From Podarcis erhardii (taxonomy: Eukaryota): 64,000 nt of DNA. The stretch lies in the NCBI GenBank assembly GCA_964252035.1, contig CAXUOO010000248.1; one strand, 5' to 3'. The translations under genes were made by a program, and so were the position numbers. This document shows, piece by piece, positions 1 through 10,621 of the stretch; position 1 is the first letter of the stretch; each line of letters begins with the position of its first letter. Under the pieces are notes generated by a model that was not told the DNA's origin, did no database searches, and saw only the letters and a program-made list of their open reading frames with translations.

Positions 1-1906
1 AGACTTCACAAATCTGCACATGCCTCCTACGTGGAACAGAACACTACCTCAGCTGAAGGCCTCAGGCTCATCATCAAATCGACGTTTTTGAGTGCCTCAT
101 ATATCGCGAGTTGTCTGCTGCCTCTTCCACTTTGAACGAGTTAGTTCCTGCATGTGGATCTCTTGCTTCTTGTCTTAGAACACGTAAAGTACATTCTGTA
201 TCCTCATGTTTTTTGCCTGTCATGAGTCTGCTTGGCTTTCTCTGCGCAATTGCTCTATTTCGTAGGAAATTCTAATTCATTAGTTGTATGCAGAGCGTAT
301 AGCAGCGGGGTTTTAAGAGACAACTTGTACATGAAACCATAAAATGTAGCAGCAGCAATTCTACATATACACAGTATTGAACGTAGATCAGTGAGCAATC
401 CCTCTGCGTTGCGCTTTCTATTTTTTGGAACAAACACTCGGAAGAGCACAGCTGCACGTTTCCACACCGCGTGAGGGTTGCAAGCCCCTTCAACTTTGAG
501 TTGCCGGTGGGGCGGCTAATATATGCGATTTTAACAGACGGGCCTCGTCTATGGACCATAGTTTCACGATACAATAACAAGAAACGTCAGTGACTATAGC
601 ATGTGAATAGCGCCTTTTCGAATGCTGTAAGACCTGATATACGCCTTCTCTCGATGTTTTTACCGAGAAGAAGTTTGTTCTGATCAAGCACAGATTACGT
701 CACCGCAAGCTCCTATTCTTACGAATCGCAGCAATATTTGCTGAAATCTATTTTGCATATCAAATATTTGGCACTCTGCTACGTCTTTCTTTGCAAATGG
801 CGCCTTCCCCGAGGGGCAGCTGACGCGATGTTCTCATAGACATTGATTTTTGACCGGTAGTAGCCGAAATCAAAAGACAGCTATTACAGCTCTTCTTTTG
901 TCCCTCTCACGCGGCAACGAGCTTTTCTTTGGCATGTCTTCAAACTGTAGCGCAACGTTGCTAAGAGCCATCGTGCCCTTTTGTGCGATGTAGCGAGGTT
1001 AGTCCTCGATACTCTGAGATGTGTGGAGTCCGCGGCTTAATGCGATTTTATTAGATCTCGTTATTGCAGCCGCAATAGGCGTAGCGAAAACTCTCCCTTG
1101 TACTCAAAATATAACAGCAAAGCGAAGTTCACTTGCGTGTCCGCAATTCCTTTGCCCGACCTGTAGTCTCGCAAGCCGTTCGATTCGTCAAAGGCATAAT
1201 GCAGGAATCTGTACCAGTGCGAGCTGAACGGTACTGATGCGTTATCGAAATCATCTGCAATACAACAAGCAACATTTATTCTGATGATTCTACAACTGCT
1301 CATCAGCTTGGGGGCTATATTGTGTTTCTTGCAGATTGCAGTGATGTGGATCTGCTTCTCTCCCTTTGTAGTGCCTAGCTAATTCGGCTTGCGTTGAGCA
1401 GTAGTCTTTTAGGTGGAAAGGTCGTCCACACACTCTATTCGAACAGCTCTTCTTGAAAGTTTTTCGATTGCGCTTTTTGCTGCCTGCTACTCATAAATCT
1501 GGCTCTACCGCAGCCTTCAGGTCTATATTAGCGGTTTATCACTGAACCTTGAACGTTGAATTTTTTGACTCTGTACGAGAGCAATGGTTAACGACATGTT
1601 TAGCCGGACATAAAAATGGTCATGTTCAAGGAATCTAATCGACGGCAATTGCGGACGATGCCATAATGGCTGCCACACCTTGCTCACGATTCCATGAACT
1701 GACGGTAGAAATTGAGCACTGGTATGACGAAATAATAATATTTCATCTGCGCAGTCGTTCTGTTTGCTGCTATATGCTTTGAGGCATTGCATTCTGTGTG
1801 CCGAGGATCAGAGTGACAATTATTCTGCATACCCGATAAATGCTCAATAAGAAAAAACCACGACACCATATCCTGGCAGTCTGAACTACTCTTCTCATCC
1901 AGAAAG

Positions 1907-4900
1907 ATGGTTCTCAACATAAACAATGACGGCACCGTATTATCCTCGCCAGTCATGAATATTCCTGTTATCACCACTTCTACTAGCGACATTCAGAAAT
2001 GGTTGCGAGATGGCGTACAAGGGCGGATTCTTTTTGACATTTCTTTTCGTGCAGATACTCTCTTGGTTGTGTATTTCGTCATTTATCTGTCTGGTGACGT
2101 CCTTGCAGCACCGACTGCGAAGAACATATACATATAACTCATCACAACACAACAAAATACGAAGACTACGCAAAGAAAGGTGAGTTCGTTCACAACATTC
2201 ACTCCAGTGGGTAATCAATTTTTTTATCTTCCGTTCACCGTGAGCGCGCAAGCTTGTGCTTCCTTCTAATGCTTCACAATTGAACAACTGGACTGGAAAG
2301 ATGGTGACTTTGTCTGAAGCATGGGAGGGCAATAAATCCCGAAAGCTTCTATCTTTCCAAGCAATAATATCTAATTAGCGGGTCTGATTTGATAGTGGAT
2401 TTCATATCAACGCGAACGGACAGGATGACAAGTGCTAATCTTTCTACAAAAAGCACGCTGCAATCTTTCGTGATGCCGTAGAACTCATTTCAGCAGTACA
2501 ATCAGCCTTGTACAGATGCTCCAACGTCTAGTTTGTTGCTTATTTACCCTATTCAGTACAGGAGGCTCTAAACACTGCCGTGCCAGAAAAACTAAAAATC
2601 TTGGTGAGGCTCCGCCACTTCGCCTCTATAAGTGGCAGTTGAATAGGAAGCGGAGGGGGTTCAAAGAACTCCAGCTTACGACTTAACCTCTCAGGCGAAC
2701 AATCGAAAGTGTTGCTTTATTGGCAAATCAGCCCGATGAACAGAATTTTCAGCTTCCCAAATAGTCTTGGATTTTTTTTAAATTTGGGTTGTTCAATACT
2801 GAATAATTGTTACTAGGTGAATCCACCTCCGGAGCGGGGGCGACAGGGGAACCTTTTAATTGAAGAAGACCCTTACAGCCGTCACTTTTGTAAGGCTTGT
2901 AACGTCGTATGCTTCACACACATACACTGCACTGAGTCGCTTTAGATCCCGGTTATGAGAGGGTTGCCGCTAGCTCAGTACGTCTTTTGTCGCTTGTTTC
3001 TAGATAAGTTAAAAGACGCATCGACCATTGATATATGTACAAAGAATAAGACAAAGTTCAGCGTTTGCGAGGACTTGGAAAAGTAGCTCTGCGGTAAGAA
3101 CCATGCTGAATGCACACATTACATAACACTCGCGCTATAATCCGCATGTAAGAACAGTCCAATGTGGCGCCAGGAAAGCATTCTCTTGAGGACGCCCGTC
3201 TTGACTTTGCTTAGGGATATACCAGGAGCTTGTGCTTTATGCATCTTCACACTAGTCGATAAGCTCCGGAAGCACTCCACCAAGTGTAAAATATGGTAAA
3301 AGCTATTATATTTGGTGCATTTTATCTATTTTCCATTCGGATGTTCATAGATATTGTACGGAATCTCGCCGGTATGGTGATCAGAAAGTTTCGTTACCCT
3401 CAGTTAGGCTCCTTCGAGGTCTACCTTCATAACCCATTCGTCAACCAAAAGCTGGTACGGAAGAGCAGTTGAAGGAGTTTGATATGGGAAATGTACGTAA
3501 ACAGCTGGACACCGCGGTGCCACAAACTGCCGAGAATATTTATTCAAGACACACACGTGGCAGCAAGGAGTGTTTTGCATCCTGGTTTTGTCCTTTTCTC
3601 ATGCAGTGCGTATTCTCCAAGTTGACTCTAAGCAGATGGCCAAATTCTCAAATAGTAGCCAACCGGGTGTTGAGAGCCATCGGCTTAGGCCCCTCGGTCT
3701 CACATCTCCTCTTCAATGCAGAGCATCCACCCCTACACCGTTCTCAGTACAGTATAAGAAATCCTATATCAACGGTAGGTTCCCCCGGTAAACAGATAGA
3801 ATCTACGTTGATGGAACCTTACGCTGGGGCATGCCTAATGTAGAATATCCTGGACACCGTTCAGCCTTCAGAAGCTTATCTTCAAAATAAGACCATACAC
3901 TGCAGCCTTTGCAGGTCTATAATACCTAGCTCAACGATACTATGTTCTGGTCGTGAAGACAAGTTGTAGTCCTTCTTCCGTGGAGACTTACACAAATGAA
4001 TGTGGCGGATGCTTACGGTACAATGATAGACTATTCGGAGCTGCCTGAAATGTCGTTCGGATTAGATCTTCTATTCAAGAAGTGCTCACCAACTCTGCTG
4101 TTCCACATATGCCGCTGACATACGCGCAGAACTCTAGCGTAATTCCTCCTCTTTCGTACGCCTCGGTAACTCCTTTTCCGGAAAAGGAAGAATTTACAGG
4201 GAGGTTATCAAGTCTGCAAGAGGTTCGAACAGCTGTTTCCGTGAAGCAACCGAGCGAAGAGTTTTTAGGGCAGGAAGTACATATCAATGCCTCTAGCCAA
4301 AACGTTGATGGATCTTCTAAAAAGTCGTTGAGAAAGAAAAGAAGAAGAAGAACGATTATCGGAACAAAAGCGGAGTCGAGGAGAGCGCGGCAACGTCTGT
4401 AGAAAGCGGAGTCGCCACCCCGAACACAGATCACGAGCCCACAAAACTAGCAGGGTCCGAGCTTGACATTAGAAAGATTGATGAAGAGCTTGATGAAGGG
4501 AAGGTGGAAAAAGCGGAGTGTAACCAGATTTTCACAGGTTTTGCAGAAAAGCTATCCAACACTGTTCTCGTTGAAAGCGAGGGTGCGGTGGCAGCACAAC
4601 CCACTACTCTAGACGATGATCACGTAGGGGAGAAAAAGAAGAAAAAGACTGGAAAAACTCTTTCGAGTGCAGAGAAGAAATCTTCCGGCAGCGAAAAGAG
4701 AAGAGTATTGAGAAAAAAAGAGAAAAAAGAAGGCGCTTGCTGACGTTGATTGTGACAAATCAAATAACCTTGACGCGGAACGTTCGCATAGCGTCGAGAA
4801 GGAATCGGCGAATGAGCATACTCCGCCATCACTTCACAGAACTCAAGAGGAATTGCAACCTTTCGAGACAACTGTGATGCAAGAGACCACGGAAGAAAAA

Positions 4901-7900
4901 GACCGTTTAAATGCATAATGTTTCTACAAGTTTAGGTGTTCCTGAGGTTATAAGCCAACATATTTTGGATGCTGGAGGGGTATCACTAACAGTTAGCAGG
5001 CAATGTTCTTTCAATGAGGGAGGAAAGGAACACATAGAGACGGGAAGCAACGAAAGAAAAAGCCAGGATGATTGGCGGCCAGCCATATCAGAGAAATTGA
5101 GTCGCCAAGCTAGTTCTGTAGAAGGTGAGAAGAAAAGTCGAAAGGGCAAGAAGCTAAAGAAAGACATCAAACACTTGTCCGAAGACGAAGAATATTCGAT
5201 GAAGAATAGTGTGCGCGACAAGACTCCGAAAAAGGGGAAGAAGAATGTTCAACAAAAATCAGCTGGCGAGATGTCGGCAGATGTGCCACCTGAAGAGACT
5301 GCAGTAGACAAAGCAGACGAAGGGGAAAGAACAGAGGAGAAAGCAAGGAATCTGACTTGTCAACCAGTCTGAAAGAAGCTGACGGGGAGGAAAAAACTAT
5401 TAGAGGAACTGCGAACGAAACCTCGGTCCTCGAGGGAGAACCTGAGAGTGACGCATCCCGAGTACCTGACAAAGATAAGAAAAAAAAACACGAAGAAATT
5501 GGCAGTGACTCATGCCTGCTGACAGACGAAGGAAGTGGAGAGCGAGTCACCAATACGTTGGAACAAGTTGATGAAGAGAAAGGAAAAGAGGAAAAAAAAT
5601 GAAGAAGGGGACCCAGCCCTCCACCCAAACAAACCCAGCAGCGAGCAAGAGTGCGATGGGAAAAGGAAATTAAAAAAGAAGAAAACGAAAGACGGTCACG
5701 TTTCCACGCTCAGCGTACCATGTGCGAACAACGCTTCCGACGAACCCGAAGAAAAAAAAAAAAAGAACAAAAAAAATCACGTTAAGCATAGCGGGTCTTC
5801 TACGCCCACAAGGACAGTGAATAGTGAGGATCTGGACGAAGACAAAGAAGGCAAAAAAAAGAAGAAAAAAGGAAAGTCAGAGAGAAGCCAGTACTCTGAG
5901 CAGTCATCTTTGCAGGCTAGCACCGAAGAATTAGGTGATAAGAGTACGGCAGAGGAGCCGTTTGAGCCAGAGGCGAAGAGCAAAGTGGAGCAAACTACAA
6001 GAATGAAAGACGATGCGACTTCCAGGCGAGAGAATTCGAACGAGTTAGAGCAGCCGGAAAAAAGAGAGTTACCGGAAGAGCGAGTAGATGGTAATGGTAA
6101 CGACGAGAGCACACACGAGGTGAAGCGCGCAGAGTCACGTAAGGAAAATTACATCTATGTGCGTGTTTTTATTTAAAAAATAGTCTACAGTGTTCTTATT
6201 GTATGCATCCACTGGGACAAGTTCGGCTCGTGCATCTCTTCGTAGTTGAAGGACACCACAGCGGCAGAGTAAAACACAAATGAAAGAGACGCTTTTTCCC
6301 CGCTAAGCTTAGCTGGAATTTTAACCCGAAGAATACAACAGGACTTGTCGCTTAATCATATGGAACCTTTTGAGCATGCGAGTGAAGCAGTAGACTAATC
6401 TTTTTGAACCATTCGACCTTATACAGACACAACAGATTCTTGCGTGATCAGATGGCATGCTCCATTTTCGTTATTGTAGTGGTAAAGTGGGGTTTCCCAA
6501 ATCAAGTAAAGATTTACGTAAAAGCCACCGTAATTTGAGAACACATGAACAATGAGACACTCAAACAAATGCATGTGTAAGATCACTTGCAAATGAATTG
6601 GTAAGTGGCACCATCACCTCCCCAAATCCTCTGACGGCATATCTTGCGCTGTGTGCAGATCCTCTTGCCGCCGTGACGAGACAATACGAACTATTTTTGC
6701 CAATCGGCGCGAAGAAAATACAGGTAAACTATTTTTGCGCCCCATACGTAGCATTGTATATGCATCTTTGACGCGTAGAAGCACAATAAACACCCTTGTT
6801 TTGCATCAGCGCACTTAAAAGGTCTCGCAAGCAGCTGAAGAATATGGTGGTTATCCTTTAGATGCGAAAACATCAGCGCGAAGTTTTTCTCCTCAAAATT
6901 ATTGCAATACCTAGTTATAATTCAACAATCTTGACATCGGTCCCCTACACTACAGTTTTGACCCAGGAATCAAACTTAGTTGTAATACTTTCGCCTCGAT
7001 TGTGTAGTTCAGTAAGTTGCAAAGTCAATGGTGGCAACAGACATTTACGCGAAAGAACAGCACATTCGCCAAGCTCCACATCCCAGTTATGACTGAATTC
7101 AGAAGAGCTGAAGATTTGAGTGGATCAGGCACCAATGATCATAATTCTAGCCCACAACTAAACTTGCAGCTTTTCAGGCCATTTTTGTGGCTCACTCTCA
7201 TATAAAAATGCAGTTTGTATTGTAGAGTTAAGGTTGATTGTCCTGATAATGGGAAAGGTACAGGCAGCTGAAGAGTCTCCAATCATTGGAGTCTTGAGGC
7301 TCTTGTTGCAGCGCAGAAAGATATATGATGCAGAATAATAATGCGAAATAGATGCTGTGTAACTAAGATGGAAGCAATCTTTTTCCTGCCTGTAGCAAGC
7401 ATTTAGAATGTGGTGTGTTTGAGAAACTACGTGACGCTGAATAAAAATGAACACGTTTTGATTACCATATTCTCGATGGTTTTATTGCAGAAAGTTTCCT
7501 ACGATAATTCGGGTGATATACCACGCAGCTTTCGGCTCGAGTCGTCTGACCCGAAAGCGATGGAAATCAAGTACAGATCAACGGGGGCTTTTTTTTAAGC
7601 CCTAAGCGCGTATATGAAAACAGATAGGCTCACTGAATATCAAAAAACAAGTCATATGCAAGCATCCACAATAAACACCACTGAACAGCGGCGGCCTTCT
7701 TGTAAAAAAACACAACGTATATCATCCGGTCACTCAAGCCGTGTAATCACATCACAGCGAAATCAAACATTACATCATTCAGAGTTTTTCGACAAGATTG
7801 ATTCGAGGTCCAATGTGCTACGTATCTGGATTTGAGCTGAAAAAGGTATGAACTCCGTTCTTCGTGGTGCAGTCAAATCCACTGAAATGTGAAAGCAATC

Positions 7901-8443
7901 TGTGAACTTGATGTGCCCAGGTCACCCGAGGTCACAGTCAACCCTCAAGCTAAAATAAAAATTGCCTTAACGTTCAACGAGGTGCCTGGGCGCGCATGCG
8001 ACTAACGTTCGAGTGTGAATCAATGCGTAATGGTCACATCTTAAGCTTTTGGGGATTCAATGCCCGACGGCACCCCTCCGTACACTTTCGGCTATCTACA
8101 ACTTGAGAAGTTGCTCAAATTTGGAAGTGTCGTATCAGTATCAAGTTTGGACGCTACAGCGACTTTGTTTCCCTGTGTGCAGGTGCTGTATCCGACGATG
8201 CTGTCTACTTCCTTTACATATACGACCAAGAGACTAATGAGATTCAGTAAGACCGCTACATATAGTCTTTATCGCCCCTTGTCGCTCTGCCCTTGAACTG
8301 GTAGTTTGCTCCTTGCTGGATGGTGAGCTTTCGCACTGATGCAAAGAAGATGAAGCAGATTCTTATTCAAATGTTTTTCTCTTGCATTCTTTTTTTTTTA
8401 CAGGGAATGCATTCAAATCAAAGGATCATACATTGTACCGTAA
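1907..8443 (+). CDS. Multi-exon hypothetical protein: Rdx-like (SelW/T/H-type) N-terminal domain, K/E-rich linker, NPHP4-like C-terminal Ig domain; frame-disrupted in this assembly
   Basis: Proposed exons: 1907-2001 (uncertain), 2109-2179, 2547-2593, 2817-2889, 3351-3454, 3607-3774, possibly 3844-~3911, ~4066-6138 (five frame breaks), 6313-6381, 6659-6723, 7491-7570, 7921-7981, 8183-8246, 8404-8443 (TAA). Phases are consistent from 2109 to 3774 and from 6138 to 7981. The gene may extend upstream of 1907. One gene versus two is inferred. Confidence 0.55.
2109..3774 (+). other. Rdx-family (thioredoxin-like) domain exons
   Basis: Spliced translation: (C)TDCEEHIHITHHNTTKYEDYAKKVQEALNTAVPEKLKILVNPPPERGRQGNLLIEEDPYSRHFYIVRNLAGMVIRKFRYPQLGSFEVYLHNPFVNQKLCVFSKLTLSRWPNSQIVANRV. 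It carries the Rdx hallmarks CxxC, VNPxP, PxxGxFEV and FSKLxxxRWP. Donors GTGAGT, GTGAGG, GTAAGG, GTACGG. Confidence 0.65.
4066..6138 (+). CDS. Large Lys/Glu-rich low-complexity exon, split across several reading frames
   Basis: ORFs 4082-4402, 4321-4743, 4712-4918, 4911-5372, 5357-5602 and 5535-6176 share the same K/E/S-rich composition and hand over at A-runs. It ends at donor C|GTAAGG (6138/6139). Confidence 0.6.
6659..8443 (+). other. NPHP4-like C-terminal Ig-like (ASH/MSP-type) domain exons
   Basis: VTRQYELFLPIGAKKIQKVSYDNSGDIPRSFRLESSDPKAMEIKSPEVTVNPQAKIKIALTFNE...DDAVYFLYIYDQETNEIQECIQIKGSYIVP* follows the recalled nephrocystin-4 C-terminal pattern (..KAFEIML..KRITYTNPY..RTFHLHSDHP..IGLQF..ILIYIND..EAFCVKVIY). 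A 1-nt frame adjustment is needed near 8183-8200. Confidence 0.55.
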
Positions 8444-10621
8444 TTTTTGCTGAAGAAATCGCTGACGCAGTCGAGTCCGTAGAATAGCACGGCAAAGTAT
8501 GTGCTTGGTGTGGCAGAGTTTGCGAATTAATAAGCTACCAGAACTACCGGACGCACGATGAGCATAAGCAGGGCAATTATCTTCTGAACTTTTTCACAGT
8601 TGTTGCAGCTGTAGGATCAACCTGATTGATTGTTGAGCTTCTTTCTTCCCATAAGCCACTTCCCAATATGCATATATGCTAAGTTGTTGTATGCCGCCCT
8701 AAGCGTGGTTGCTCAAACCGCCACCCCCCACACAGCAAAAGGGTCACCGAATACACTCAAGCCCACAGGCTCTTCGCACGTTCAAATCGCATATGTTGCG
8801 GCAGCTTCTTTATGAACGCCAGATACGGCCGGTTGTGTAGAGAAAGCATTCATCAAACGACTTTGAAAGAGGCAATCTGTACCCAGTCTGAATACCCCTC
8901 TCCCCATCCCTTGAGATACGCCAATGTGTAAATTATGAACGATCAATGAAAAAGGAGCTTTCCGGCAAGTCTCCGTGAAAAGCAAACTGTTGACGACTTT
9001 CTCCAGTAGCCTGGGCGATTATAATAACAATGTTGAACGTCGAAAAGATAAACGTCTTTAGGAGCCACCAACAACAGAGGCTCTCTGTTGTAACTTGAAC
9101 AAATTTTCTAAGTTGTAGAGGCCAAACAACCCATGAACGTTGATAGTGCCGATGCTCCACTCGATTCATATGATGTTTATGAACTATAGAGTAATTTTAG
9201 TATAAAAAAGCGAAATACTAACAGATTAATAGTAGTAGTTTACCTCGACGATATCTTTCTTACGGGACCAAGTATCTATTTATCGTTTTGCACGACCACG
9301 CAGAGGTGGCAACTTCATGAAATTTGAGTCTAGGTCTGCATTGCGGTGAAATCTCCACTACATACGATGACGTGCAGTCCTCTTTCGCACACCTTTATGA
9401 CGTTGTGAAACAGTCACCTCTGTTACGGAACCGCTAGCAAAAACTCCCCCACAGCAGCTGTGTCCTGCAGGCTATAGCAGACGAGCGCTTGTTGTGGCTG
9501 CCTTACAGCCAGAATCCGCTTCCCTTGAAGGAAGGTTATGGGCACACCAGAGACAAAGCTTATTCAAAGCCTTCTGTCATCAGCTTTGGAGCGTATGTAA
9601 ATGCCACTTATCCACATATACCGAGCAGCCTGAACATACCAACAGCTAATAACGATGTTTCACCTACTGAGAATATATTGTCCAAGCGGTTGCCAATTTT
9701 CCATGCGTGGAATCACTGCTAGTCTCAATTGCTGAATGCTCATAATCTTTCTCACTATCCTCATTGAATTCAGTAACGCCTTTACCCTTTGTGCATCAGT
9801 GTAACACGACAACGGAAAGCAGACATTTGAGTGGCCGCTGTCGCGTCGCGCTGTTGGCTGTTTGTCTTTTTGTAGGCGTCGTTCATCTGCATACATATAT
9901 AAGTATTTTAGTTCTTCATAAACCAACACTAGTACGAAACTCATGTAGTTCAACGGGTTTTATCATCGATCTCATCACTGCCAAAATTGCAGTCCGGCCG
10001 GTCGTCTACTGATATGACGACCGCTTTCTCATCCTCTCCCACCATTCCCATTTGATAAAAATTCAACCTATCAAAAGCGAGCAATCTCCCTTCCCACTCC
10101 GCTCGCTCCCATAACCTACCGACTGCATTCGAAGCCTTTTTAAAGTGCTTCTAGCCGTAAAGTTACTTATGGCAGAGACCCCACACACGATCTGCATCGC
10201 ATAATCTCGATTAAGTATTTTTTCATGCTTTGTGCTGGTGGAGGTACAGAAACGATCTGCATGACTGTATACACGATGCGGCGCCTTGGCAAAATTCATT
10301 ACTGACGCGACTCCGTCAGGCAGCATTGGGAACTGCCCTGAAAAACTAGCTTCTACAGGACTAAAAAAAATTCTTCTCAATGACAACGCATAGTTGAAAA
10401 AAATAACTCTCAGCATATCTAAGATGCAAAAATTCAGTTGGAGACTCCGCAACGCTCTATATGATAGCAAACACCTACGAAGCCGATGCTGGTATGGGTC
10501 ATTAGCTCTGCCTGTTTCGTATTGTACAAATTTTTTACGGCGGTAAGTAGGCTCAAGAAAAACGGGGTGAGCAAGGTATCCATCGAAAACAGATTATTGC
10601 TACATGCATTCGAACTCGATG

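Noticed and set aside
1-1900. Possible minus-strand gene (e.g. DDFDNASVPFSSHWYRFLHYAF.. near 1130-1260)
   Set aside because: I could not build a phase-consistent chain or recognise a family. The region could instead hold upstream exons of the + strand gene.
8443-10620. SECIS candidates (ATGA..AA..GA near 8557 and 9397)
   Set aside because: Helix II length and pairing do not fit by eye; not supportable without a covariance search.
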